A stretch of DNA of 36,807 bases from positions 1-36,807 of the forward strand of contig JNEM01011478.1 in the NCBI GenBank assembly GCA_000697335.1, given 5' to 3'. Origin of the DNA: Conidiobolus incongruus B7586 (taxonomy: Eukaryota). The notes below the pieces were generated by a model. It saw only the letters and a list, made by a program, of their open reading frames with translations, was not told where the DNA came from and ran no database searches. Shown in pieces: positions 1-12,028 of the stretch; position 1 is the first letter of the stretch, and each line of letters opens with the position of its first letter. The translations under genes were made by a program, and so were the position numbers.

Positions 1-22
1 ATATATATATATATATATATAT
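1..22. repeat. (AT)n microsatellite, truncated by window start
   Basis: Perfect AT dinucleotide run at positions 1-22. Confidence 0.9.
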
Positions 23-496
23 TTCAAATAATTATATTGTATTTATAAAATCAGTTTTCGAATTAAAAATCATCATAAATATAGAAATTTTGAATATTGA
101 AATTTCATCCTATTAATAATTTATTATGATATTTTAACCAATTAATCAATATTAATTTAGTTATAAAATTAACTCTTGTTAATTATATCAATTGTGCAGT
201 TATTTATTTATTCTAATAATATTTAGCTAATCAATAGACAAATTGAAATGTGACTTAAATTTTCATTTATTTTTTATCAGATGTTAATATAATAATCAAC
301 TCATCTATCTATCAATCTAAAGTGGATACTAAATATTTTCATGATTATTTTTCATTAAAATTTACCTCATGATAAAAACCATCAGTAAAAAATTAATAAT
401 CCAAAATTTAATCATATTACACAGTTATGATAAAGTGATGAATATTGATTTTATTTATAATAAAGAAAATAATTAAAATATATATAAAGATAAAAT

Positions 497-1332
497 TTAG
501 GGAAATATGGATCTGAACTCGCCAGCTGATACCAATTCCTTAACGATATCGAGACCTCCAATCAATTCGCTGTTAACATAAAGTTGGGGATAGGTGGGCC
601 AGTTGGAGTACTTCTTCAAGCCTAATTCAAGGTTAATCATGTGATACTATTAAGTGATATGATAAATTTACCTTGTCTAATTTCTTCATCTTGCAAAATA
701 TCGAAGTGAGCATACTGAATGTCGTGATCATTCATAATCGATACCAACTGTCTCGAGAATCCGCACTTGGGCTGTGTGGGTGATCCTTTCATAAATAGAA
801 TGACGGGATCCTTCTTCAAAATTTGTTCAATGCGAGTATTGATATCGACCTTTGCGGGTGCTGGAGACGAGAATGAAGATGTGGGGGCTGTTGCTTTACT
901 GTATTTTTCAGTGAGTGTGGTCAATTGAGCGGGATTGGCTCCCTCTACTTTGTTGAGAATTTTCTTATTCTAAGTGATGATTTTAAAGTAAATATAACTA
1001 TTGTATCATCAATAGTAATTTCTTATTACCTTAGCAAAAATAAATGTAGGTACCGAATTAATACCGAAACTTTCAGCGATATCTCCAAAATTTTCAGCCT
1101 CGATCTACCACCACCTCTAATTAATATCCTTCCCACTAACTATATCATAAAAATTTACCTTGATAAAAGTCAAAGCACTAAACTTCTTAGACAAAGTTTC
1201 AAAGATTTCGTTCAAATGGGCGCATGGGGGAGCCCAACTCGCCCAAAAGTTTAAAACGTAAATTTTATCTTGAACATTTGTAACCTGTTGGAATTGTTCT
1301 TCAGTTTCGAGTTCAATATAATTGGTAGACAT
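497..1332 (-). CDS. GRX4: Monothiol glutaredoxin, Grx3/Grx4 (PICOT) type, with thioredoxin plus CGFS glutaredoxin domains
   Basis: Exons 1332-1159, 1104-1030, 969-672 and 621-497 join in frame over GT-AG introns. Trx domain has FWASWAPPC and IEAE; Grx domain has [14 protein letters not shown] and [23 protein letters not shown]. Confidence 0.93.
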
Positions 1333-1579
1333 AGCCAATTTTCTATTAATATTATAAATAATTTAATGAATAGATAAAAATATATTAAATATTTAATAAT
1401 CAGTAATATAATAAAATATATTAAAATCTTGTTTTTTAATAATTATCTTACTAATATTCAAATAAATTTTAATTATTAATATAAATTTTTAGAAATTACT
1501 ACTCTTTCAACATTTGTTAAGCGCTTAAATAATAAAATTGAGGTTATGGGATAAATGAATAAAAAAATTAATACATAAA

Positions 1580-1652
1580 TGGAGAATCGGGGTATCGATC
1601 CCCGTGCCTCTCGCATGCTAAGCGAGCGCTCTACCATTTGAGCTAATTCCCC
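1580..1652 (-). tRNA. tRNA-Ala(AGC)
   Basis: Reverse complement folds as a 73-nt cloverleaf: GGGGAAT/ATTCTCC acceptor stem with the G3:U70 alanine determinant and anticodon arm CTCGC-TT-AGC-AT-GCGAG. Confidence 0.96.
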
Positions 1653-1819
1653 ATGATTAGTTCATTATATATTTTAAATTCATTTTATTTATTTGTACAA
1701 CTCAACATTTTTTTTCTCTTTTCAAACCCGTTTTTCATTTAAAATTCAATATATCATATTAATATATTTTTTCAATAATAATTTAATTTATTTATTATAA
1801 TTATTTTCATAAATTATTA

Positions 1820-4450
1820 ATATTCATATTATAAAACCTATTCAGCTAACCTTCTTTTATTTTACTTCCTATTTATTTATACTTTTAAGAATTTGATAAT
1901 GTACCCAAATCCCTTAAATTATCTATCTTCTGCATAACTCGGGTAGTTTTCTGAAAATTAATATTTGGTAAATTCAATAAAATATGGCCACTTCGTCCAA
2001 ATGGTAGCCGGTGTCGTCGCCGCCCAATACCGCCCCAATTGCGGTGGCAGTGTCAGGATTGGGATTGCCATCGTCCTTCCTGATATTTTCGAAGTAATGG
2101 GCAGTGGTCATATTCGACGATGACCATATGATTTTGAGTTTGAGGAAAGTGAGGGTCAGGAGTACCAATTTGCATTTGATGTAGCCTTCGTTGATTGCGA
2201 TTCGCAATTCGGCAATGACTTTCAGTGAGAATGTTCTAGCTAGGTCGAATTCGATGAAGAAGATGGGGTGTTGGTAGTATTGCGACACCGCTTCAATTTG
2301 GCCATATAGGTGTCCAGATGCGATGGGTTGCACAGGATCCAGCAGGTTTTTGTGTTCGATGCAGTAGTCTGGAGTTAGGACGTAATCTCCTACTACTAAT
2401 GTACTGGGTGCTACTTTGAAATCCTTTTGGTGCAGTGCTGATGGTAAAGCCCTGCGAAATTCTCTCTTATCAACAAAGATAGCTCGGTTGTTAGTGTATT
2501 GATATCCTGCTATACGTGTGAGTTGATCTGGCAGATTGAGTAAATGGTCGCTGGAATCGAATGCGGTGAAATCTTGAACAAGGACTACCATATTCGCTTT
2601 CTCCATGATTAACTTTTCAAAGGCTTCATTCTCCTTAAAAATTCGTAGCAGGAAAGTTTGCTCTATGAAACTGTCTTTATACACAAGAAAATACAATTTA
2701 ACACTGATATCAGGATTCAAATTTTGGTACATTTCCACTTGACGAATGAACATGGAATTGGGAACTGTTAGAACAATTTATTGAGGTTGAATTCTAGTAA
2801 AAATATGTGAATCGCTATAGTCAGTATGAAAAGGTTTGATTAAAAGTTCAACAGTTTTGGGAGATCCTGTAAGTACTCCAAGCACTTCAGTGAGCTCTTT
2901 AAGTATAATGACTCCATCATTGAGTTTCAGTTCGAAATTAATTCGAGGTTCCTCGGATGCATCATCTTGTTTTCCGTTAATTCCGCTGCTATCATTGTCA
3001 ATATTACTACTTACTGCTGTAGTAGACGATGCAGCTTGCGAAGCTTTTCTTACTCTTCTTCGTTCGCTAGCGGGTACTTGTCTACCAGGAACTGAAAAAG
3101 AAACAGAAGTGATACAAGGACTGCCATTTCTGATGATATATTTCTTAAGGTTGCAAGTTGCTTCTTTCCAACTCCAAAATGCGTCGTACTTGGACTTGAT
3201 CATATGATGAGCATCTTCCTCATTGGGCTCTTAATCCCCTAAGTAGCCCTGGATTTGGAGACAGACTTGAGGATCTTCCCTAAGAATTATTACTTTCACG
3301 GAGTCTTGGCATACTGAACTGTGATGATGTAGGTCAATTTCGATCTCCGCAATCAATTTTTAATTTGGCGCCATTTGGGCTACTCTTCTAAAGTAGAAAC
3401 AATTTCTCGATCACTATTATCTGGCATCTTAATATAAACTCTATGCTGAGCGGCAACCATCAGAAAATTAGTAACATCAGATAACATACAACCACTAAGG
3501 TTATTACTGATTTGTGAACCCAACAAAACCAGATGCAAACTTTCAAAAAAAAGTGATGGAATCTTAATGAACCAAATACTCCAACTACAATCTCAATTTC
3601 CATAGATTATTCACAGCTTGATTAATCTTGAATCCGACCCTATACCAAATAATCCTCAACTTGACCTTAATGAAGGGTAAGAACGCTTTCGAAATGCCCA
3701 AATCCAGGGTCAAACCATCCTCAATACCCATGAGCAGTTTGCAACGATTTAATTCACCAAAGTATATTTCCAAATAATCGAGAATACCCTACTGTATCAG
3801 CGCCATGGACTTAGTCAATTTCACATTAGTTTCCACGACTTCTGGCACGTTCGCTCGATTTCTTCGCTGACTTCAGTGTGGAGCCGAGGGTATAGCATAC
3901 AGTTGCGAGTTTGTAGCAGCTTAAAACATCTTTCAAGTGTGTTGAATCTTGGACTCAAGACTGTAGGGCTATCTGAAAATGCATAAATAAAATCATCCTA
4001 AATAATAATCAATTTCAATATTTAAACAATTCAAAATAAAATTACTTAATTCCTCTTCCTACACATACTCGCCATAAACACCTCCGGACAATTGAGTTTC
4101 AATGCATAATTCTTCAAACTAATCAATCTCGTAACTCAATCGGTAAGCAACTTCCCCATAACGATATCCGTAACCAAAATCCTGATCGTGACCACGTGTA
4201 CACCGCCCATTTTATAAAGCCCCTCCTTCTGCTGGGGTGTATTCCACATGTTGCTCGACTTTATTGGACTGTTTCCGATCTTTTGCACGGGTATTTGACT
4301 GTTATCATGATTTAGTAACAGGACCAAATGCTTGTTAGTGTTGTACAGTTGGGCTGAGTATGAGGATTTGCTTGAGATCCTACCCAGGTGCTAGAATTAC
4401 AATGTTAACTTCTAATGTGAGTTGAGTTAGAATAATTCTCTTATTATTAT
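1820..4450 (-). pseudogene. RAD1: Degenerate XPF/Rad1/ERCC4 structure-specific endonuclease; ends approximate
   Basis: Colinear fragments across several frames: N-terminal VILAPG*DL, LYKMGGVHVVTIRILVTD, FIYAFSDSP...LYPRLH, FIRQVEMY...LYFLVY, nuclease region VDKREFRRALP...VGDYVLTPDYCIEHK...SGHLY, and HhH tail LLNLPNIN after a frameshift near 1980. Several stops and frameshifts. Confidence 0.85.
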
Positions 4451-6174
4451 AATAAAATATTATTTACTCTAATTCAAAATTATTTTTGGGGCTTTTAAGT
4501 ATTCAACCCAAAATTCAATGTGGTTTAATGTACTTTGAATTCAGTTGTATTAATCATGGAATTTGCTAATTTAGAATTATAGACTCTGATATTTACGCAA
4601 TGCCCAATTTGCTCGAATTATGAAAATCAAACAATGACTTTTTTGACAATTTGATAACATTTGTTTTCTATTTCTCTAAGAATTTTTTTTAATTATAAAA
4701 GCGATTTTGAAATTTTTATTAATATTATATTATTTGATAATTAAATTTATTTAAGTTTCAAATTTCTAAATTTACTTTTGAAGTAATTTTATGATTTCCT
4801 GAATCTAATTAAAAGTTAAAAAAAATTTACCAAATTATAAGATTTATTTCAATAATAATTATTATATATAGCTAGACTATAAATGTATAATTTAGTATTA
4901 TATTAATATGCAAAATAATAATATGTTAAAATTTTTTATCCAATTTCATTAAATAAATAAAGTTGGAAATACAATTAATATTTATTTAAATCATTCTCAT
5001 ACATAAACTTTCCAATTTTAGTAAATATTTAAAGTATATACTAAATTTTATATTTCTTCAAAATACAAAGTTATTTTAGGTTTTAATAAAGGGTTTAAGC
5101 TTTTTATTTGTAATAATTTGTATAAGTTACTAAATATAGAGCGATATTTACTGTATATATAATATATAAACAATTTTTACATCTTAAAACTTTTGAATTA
5201 ATTTAATGTCACTTAAATGGTACTTGTAAAACTTTTTAAGCTAGTAAAAAGCAATGATTTTAATGTAAATTTTGCAATTTTTAAAAAAAACATTATCGAA
5301 TTACATGATATAGTGTTATTTCAATATAATGGATTTAATGAATATAATTTAAATATATAAAAATCTCAAAGCTCTTATTCTCAGTTATTGAAATTATTAA
5401 CTATTATTTCGTTTACCATGATACTCCTTTTGAAACATTAATCTAATATTAACATTTCGAAATTTATATGTCAAAATTTGATACTCTAATATACCTTATT
5501 AGTTTTATTAGATCATTAATTATATCCTATTTATATTATTATTAAACATTATTTTATTGTATAGGTTAAATCATAAATCTTCATTCTTTAAACATAATAA
5601 CTTTTTAACTCCCTTGAAAAATTGTCTATATATCATAATAAATATTTTGACTTTATAAATCATTATTAAACATAAACTTTACGAACATATGATTTTAAAT
5701 TGAATTAAATCCGAAATTAACTATTAAAAAACTCAGGATATTTAAGATCATTGACAATATTAGATCATTTAAATAGCACAAAGTTTTAGAGTTAGTAATT
5801 TTACAATTTAATAAATTTCTAAAATAATACAATTTGGTAAATGTGTCTAGTATTTATAAAAAATATTAATTAGTATTTCCAAATATTTAAAGCCTAAAAT
5901 TTCTATAAAAAAATAATCTTAAAAATGTAATAACACTCAATCAATATAACATTCATGCATATTGTCTAAAATTATTTAAATTGACTTTGCCATAATTAAA
6001 ATTTTTTGCTTTTAAAACAAATTTAAATTGATTAATTATTTATAGTTTGTCTATTGTGTGTAACTGTATTAATTAATTAACTACAAAGCATCCTCTTTTT
6101 TACATTATAATTAATTTGATATTAAAAAATAATTTTAAAATGTATTTTTTATCAAATTAAAGCTTATAATTGAA

Positions 6175-6207
6175 TATTACCATAGAATCAAAGAAATAGG
6201 AAATTTT
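6175..6207 (+). repeat. Left terminal inverted repeat of the mariner, including the TA duplication
   Basis: TATTACCATAGAATCAAAGAAATAGGAAATTTT versus reverse complement of 7440-7472, TATTACTTTGTAATTTAAATAATGGGAATTTTT. A further TAAACAT match lies on the same diagonal. Confidence 0.7.
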
Positions 6208-7470
6208 TTAATTTCTGATTTTTTAAACATATTAATTTCAAATAACAAAATATATAAAAAACAAATAAGAAAATAAATAATTTTGAATTATATATATATA
6301 TAATAATTTTATTAATTAAAAAAATAATTTTTTAAAATTGGTTATTTAATTTAAATATACTTAAACTAAATAATAGCCATCAAAAGTTTTTTATTTTAGT
6401 ATTAATAAAACTTAACTACAAACCCTTTAAAATCATTTAAAATTTATAAGTAGCTTTTAATAATAAAATATTATTTAAATTAATTATTTATTATTAGGTA
6501 AATTATTTTAAAGTTAAAAAAAATTACTTAAAATTTATTAAAATTTAAAAAATTAATTTTAATTATTATTCTTTTAATTATTAATAAAATAGTAAAATAT
6601 TAAAAAATATCTTTTTATTTTAATTAAAAAATTATTAAGATACTTTAATATTAATTATATAAGTAATTTATATATATTAAAGTTTAAATTAAAATTAATT
6701 AATAAAAATATAAAATAAATACCTTATAATTTAATTAAAGCTTAAAAAAATTAGAGTAATTATTATTAAATAAAATTTACTAAGGTATAATTAGAAACTA
6801 AAGCTTTTATAATAAATTATTATATTTAATAAATCTTAAATTTTTTATATAATCTTTTATTAAAATATAAATTAAAATATTAAATTAAGTTATATTAACC
6901 TTTTCTATAAATTCTTTTATATAAACACTTTATTAATAAATAAATATTAATTATTATAATTTATTATAATAATATATACTAATTTTATATAATTTTTAAA
7001 ATAAAATTAATTAATAATAAACTTTATATTTTTTAAATAAAATTATTTTTAATTAGTATTCTCAATATAATTTAAAAAAACTTATTATTTTGAATAATAA
7101 TTATAAAATATATAAATTTAAAGTTATAAAAAACTTTTTAATTAAAAACAACTAGAAAAAACTACTACATCTAATATATTCTTTAGATTATAACTTATAT
7201 AATTATAATTGTTTTAAGCAATTAAAAAACTAGCTTATAAGAAAGAAAATTTCTACAGGAAAATTTAATTGGTTTATAAAACATTAAATTTTAATCTTTA
7301 AAAGAATTGTTTTTTAAAAGTTAAATCTTTATTAAAAGTATAGCAAAAAGTTATTAAAAATAAAGGAAATTAATAATTTTATAATATATATTTATTTTTA
7401 CATATTATATATTAAAATGTTTATTTATTTTTAATCACAAAAAATTCCCATTATTTAAATTACAAAGTAA
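6177..7470 (+). mobile_element. Full-length, hypermutated mariner (Tc1/mariner DD34D) transposon relic, 1294 bp, TA target duplication
   Basis: TA at 6175-6176 and 7471-7472; removing the element and one TA restores the GS reading frame. Degenerate TIRs match at about 23/33. Reverting transitions recovers mariner motifs in order: WIPHxL (6716), IITFDESW (6816), xDNxxxH (7093), WExLPHPxYSPDYNPCDY (7153-7206) and WQKVIxNxG (7341). D7096 to D7201 gives D34D spacing. Confidence 0.88.
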
Positions 7471-7472
7471 TA
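7440..7472 (-). repeat. Right terminal inverted repeat of the mariner, including the TA duplication
   Basis: Inverted partner of 6175-6207; it ends exactly where GS homology resumes. Confidence 0.7.
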
Positions 7473-10144
7473 ATATGTTAAGACTTAAGTGTATTAATCA
7501 ACTGAAAAAAGCTGAAAAATTGTGAAAATGTTAAAGTGGTGGGTCTTAATATCAATGGTGGTTTGAAAGGTAAAATTATCAGTATTGACAAGTTTTGGTG
7601 TTGTGTTAATGGGAATAGGGGATTTGGTAAGTTAAATGACTAAATATTATAATCCACTGGTTAATTGCTGCTATTAGGTATGTGTTCAGTCATATTCAGC
7701 TTCTACATGGATGAAAAACCCTTGGTCTTACCAGGTTATGGCAGCAAAAAGGACGAGTACCTAGATCTAATCGCTATGATTGATTCAAAATCGTATCGCA
7801 ACATATTTTGGGAAGACAATACTCCCATTTCCTACTAGATTTCTACTCGAATCCTCAATAAAATGTGGTAGGATGCTCGCGATACTTGCTGAGAAGCACT
7901 ATTGAAAAATTAAATGCTAAGAGCTCTTATCCCATGACTGGTATAGAATTGCAATGTCACAATATTAGAGGGACGCCTGACGAGTTATACGATTCCAATT
8001 TTAAATTGAAACCGATTGCACCGGGTACCAGTGTTATTCGTTGTCAAAATCTCATCTCAATTTGGATTATATCAATGAAATTCTTGATAAAGTTAAACAG
8101 ATAGATATTAAAATTTAAGGTGACTACACCGAAACTGGATCGGGTATCTTCGAAACTACGTTGGCTTATACCGATGCTTTGAAGCTTGCTGACAATGCCG
8201 TCCTATTCAAAGATTTGGTGAAGTAGATCGGTCACAAGCATAAGTTCATTCCATCACTCATGTCGAAGCCAATTGAAGTTGGAGCTGGAATTGCAAGTTA
8301 CATACATTTAAGCTTGTTTGACAATTCAAACAAGAATCTACTCGCTAGCACTGATGGCACCAAACCTTACAGTGAAATACAAGAATGGTTTCTAGCTGGA
8401 CTTAAGGAAGGATTTGGATCTATATTGTGTATCGTGGCGGCCAATATCAACAATTATAAACGCTTCAACGAGAACTTTGTAGCACCCGCACGCGTCAGCT
8501 GGGGCATTGAAAATAGGAATTCATCGGTGCACGTGATCATACCGCCAATATGCTCGCCAAAGTCTACTCGGTTAGAAATCAGAGCACCTGGCACAGATTG
8601 TAATCCCACTCTTGTCATTACCGCGGTGTTAGAGTGTGGATTCTACGGCATTGAAAATCGATTGAAAAATCCACTACCACCATTGAAGGATTTGAAGACT
8701 ATATCAAATACCCCGGTATGGTATTCCCCAGAAATTTGAAGGATAGTATTGCACTTATGGATGCTAAAGACTCTATTGCTAGAAAAGTACTAGGGGACGA
8801 ATTTGTAGATTTATATGTTCTCAGCAGAAAAAATGAAGTGCTGGCGTGGGAGGAAACTGTCATAGATTGGGAATTAAAAAGATATTTGGAAGTAGTTTAA
8901 ACATTAAATATTATTATAAACTGGTTGATTCAATTTGAATATTTTTATAATATCGATGTAGAATTGATAAATTATCTATTAATAAAATAAAAATATAGTA
9001 ATTTGAATTATTATATTTAGTTGGACATATCTGGTTAAATTTAAATAAGCAATAAAGACTAATACCAAATACTGATTGAATCAGCTAGTTTAATTTTAAA
9101 AATTTGATCATAATATTAGATATGTTTATAATCTAAAACTCTATCATAAATTTTTAAAATGACGTATTTTAAGTTTAATTTTAACCTTAACAAATAAGAT
9201 TTCTTAATCGGAATTTTCAAATTAATATTCATACCTTTATCGATACTGACACTTAATCGGTATTACAATTCTTAGTTATAGGCAATTCCTTGTATTATAA
9301 TATTGAATAACTACTTAATTTTTGTATTTTAATTATCTATTGAATTTAATAGTATACCAAAATTAAATTAGAATAAGCATTGAAATTATACAAAAGCTTC
9401 AGTGTTCGATTTTAGATAAGGATAATTCAATATTTTTTATTATGAAAATTATTATGACATATTTGTTTCTTGAAGTAAAATTTTTATTATTCAAAAATTA
9501 TATACACTATGTAATTTGGCATTTGTCTCATAAATATATTCAATTACTTTTTAGGTCATAATTCTTGCAAATTATTATTCTATGAAATAATTCCGAATCA
9601 ATTGATTCAAAAAGTATTAAATATTTGGATTAAATTAGAAAATAATTTCATCATTTTGGAATATAATTTTTATTAATGATCTTATTCATACAATGGTGCT
9701 AAATAAATCCAAAAGAGTCATATTCAAAGTTAAAACAGTATAATTATAAAATATAATATTTATTATTGTACAGGTTCCTTGTTGAAATTTTTATAATTAT
9801 ATATACCTTGTAGAGAAGTCCAGGATATTTGAATCAAAATGACTTAATTATTGAATTGATAATTACTATTCCAATGATTTTAATTTAAACATATATTTAC
9901 AAATAAAACTTCAAAAATGACTTCATCAATGCTTAAATCTGGTATGATAAAATTTAAATGAAAATAAAACTTCACTATTTTTATTATAAAAATTATTACA
10001 CTAATTCAATATCATTTATCTCATTTAAAATACTTGAAAATGACGTAAAAATAATTTTCAACTCTATATAAACTGCAAATCACTGATTATTATTCAATTA
10101 ATTATAATAATACACAATTTAACAATTAGCATTACTCAATAATC

Positions 10145-11617
10145 ATGTACTTTTTATCTAGTGAAAATTTATCACTTAATAATTCATCAAAAACTACAAA
10201 GATTAATGAATTAAAAGAAAAGCTGAAAGATTGTGATAAAGTGAAAGTGGTAGGGTTAGATATCAATGGTATTATTCGAGGTAAAATCATTAACATTGAC
10301 AAATTTTGGCATTGTATCAATGGGAATGGTGGTTTTGGTAAGTTGAATATCGATTTTTTATAATATGTTTAATTAACCATTTTATTAGGAATGAGTTCAG
10401 CAATTTTTGGTTTCGATTTAACCGAAAGATCTTGGGCTATACCCGGTAAAGTTGCTAATAAAAAAACTGGATATCAAGATTTGCTTGGGATGATTGATTT
10501 GGACTCTTATCGAATCATACCTTGGGAAAACAATATTCCAATATTCCTATTTGATTTTTACGTGAATCCTGACAAAAGACTTGAGGGATGTACAAGAGGA
10601 TTATTGAAAAATATTATCGAAAAGTTAAATTCTAAGGGGTTCTATCCAATGAATGGGATTGAAATGGAGTATTATAACTTTAAAGGAACTCCTCAAGAGT
10701 TATATGACTCCAATTTTAAATTAACACCAATTGCACCGGGTACAAATTGCTATTCCTTATCCAGACCTTACCTTAACCTTGATTATTTCAATGAGATTCA
10801 AGATAAAGCTAAGCAAATAGGTATTAAAATTGAAGGTCACCATACTGAATCCGGATCAGGAATCTTTGAAACTGCTCTAGCGTACACCGACTCTTTGAAG
10901 CTTGCCGATAATGCCGTTCTTTTCAAGGATTTGGTGAAGCAGATCGGTTACAAGCACAAGATCATCCCATCTTTCATGCCTAAGCCAATTGAGAATGGGT
11001 GCGGAACAGCAACTCATATTCATCTTAGCTTATATGATAAATCTAACAACAATGTGTTTGCTAAAGCTGATGACTCTAAACCCTACAGCGAAGTGTTAGA
11101 ATGGTTTTTAGCTGGACTTATGGAAGGATTTGGATCTATCCTGTGTATCATGGCACCCTATATCAACAGCTACAAACGCTTCAACGAAGATTTTTGGGCC
11201 CCTGTTCGTGTCAGCTGGGGTATGGAAAATAGAAATGCATCGGTACGTGTGATTACACCTCCAGTATGTGCGCCAAAGTCTACTCGTATTGAAATCAGAG
11301 TACCTTGTGCCGATTCCAATCCAAACTTAGTAATTGCAGCCATTCTAGGATGTGGATTCTACGGTATTGAAAACCAACTGAGAAATCCGTTGCCTCCATT
11401 GGATGATTTTGAAGATTATTCTGAATATCCTGGTATGGTGTTCCCAAGGAATTTGAAGGATAGTGTCGAACTCATGGATGCCAAAGACTCCATTGCCAGA
11501 AAGGTATTTGGGGATGAGTTCGTTGATCTGTATGTGATTAGTAGAAAGAATGAAATTCTGGCATGGGAGAAAGCTGTTACTGACTGGGAAGTTAGGAGAT
11601 ATTTGGAAGTTGTTTAA
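10145..11617 (+). CDS. Type I (GlnA/FluG/PuuA-like) glutamine synthetase family protein, about 473 aa
   Basis: Exons 10145-10337 and 10389-11617. Motifs GLDINGIIRGK, GIEMEY, HTESGSGIFE, FMPKP, HIHLS, NSYKR, SWGMENR, IEIRVP and VTDWEVRRY. Confidence 0.9.
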
Positions 11618-11946
11618 AGGATTAATATATGACATTATTTTATTAATTGAACTATTAAATATACATTATATTGTTGATTATATCAAGACAAAATTATTCA
11701 TTTGGAATAGTTTTTTATATAATTGTGGGAATTTGGAAGGAAATATTAATAATATTGAATATAGTATTGATAAAAATGAAGCAAACATCTAATTAATGAA
11801 GGATGTATTCAATGTTGTTGAACATTATAAATCTAATTCAGTGAAAATTAATTTCAATGATATTATGAATTGGTGATGAATTAAATTCTGAGATTGAGAT
11901 AATTTGATATTGGACGAAAATATGAATATTAAAATTGTAATGACAA

Positions 11947-12028
11947 GACAGTTTGTCCGAGTGGTTAAGGAGTCAGACTTGAAATCTGATGGGCTCAGCC
12001 CGCACAGGTTCAAATCCTGTAGCTGTCG
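11947..12028 (+). tRNA. tRNA-Ser(TGA)
   Basis: 82-nt cloverleaf with long variable arm (GGGC-TCA-GCCC), anticodon arm TCAGA-CT-TGA-AA-TCTGA, followed by a T5 Pol III terminator. Confidence 0.96.

Larger units (their letters stand above)
6140..8900 (+). pseudogene. Pseudogene paralog of the downstream type I glutamine-synthetase-like gene, interrupted by a mariner at codon 12/13
   Basis: 6140-6176 (MYFLSN*SL*LN) joined to 7473 onward aligns codon for codon with 10145 onward (MYFLSSENLSLNN). Same intron position (about 7627-7677). Stops at 6158, 6167, 8116 and 8224, frameshifts near 7505 and 8700, and the same RYLEVV* end. Confidence 0.93.

Noticed and set aside
925..1254. Short antisense or overlapping ORFs (also 2836-3207, 11345-11635, 18267-18569, 19381-19581, 28755-29045, 33543-33979)
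   Set aside because: They are shadows of real genes or pseudogenes on the other strand or frame, with no recognisable motifs.
6177..7470. Centromeric or origin AT tract, or mitochondrial insertion
   Set aside because: Ordered transposase motifs, TIRs and the TA duplication inside a gene explain the block better.
11825..12013. ORFs overlapping tRNAs (also 27176-27415) and isolated low-complexity ORFs (20766-20993, 29510-29725)
   Set aside because: They are antisense to tRNA genes or AT-rich chance ORFs.
11947..12028. Possible selenocysteine tRNA
   Set aside because: The anticodon is TGA (reads TCA, Ser), not TCA, and the acceptor stem is a normal 7 bp.
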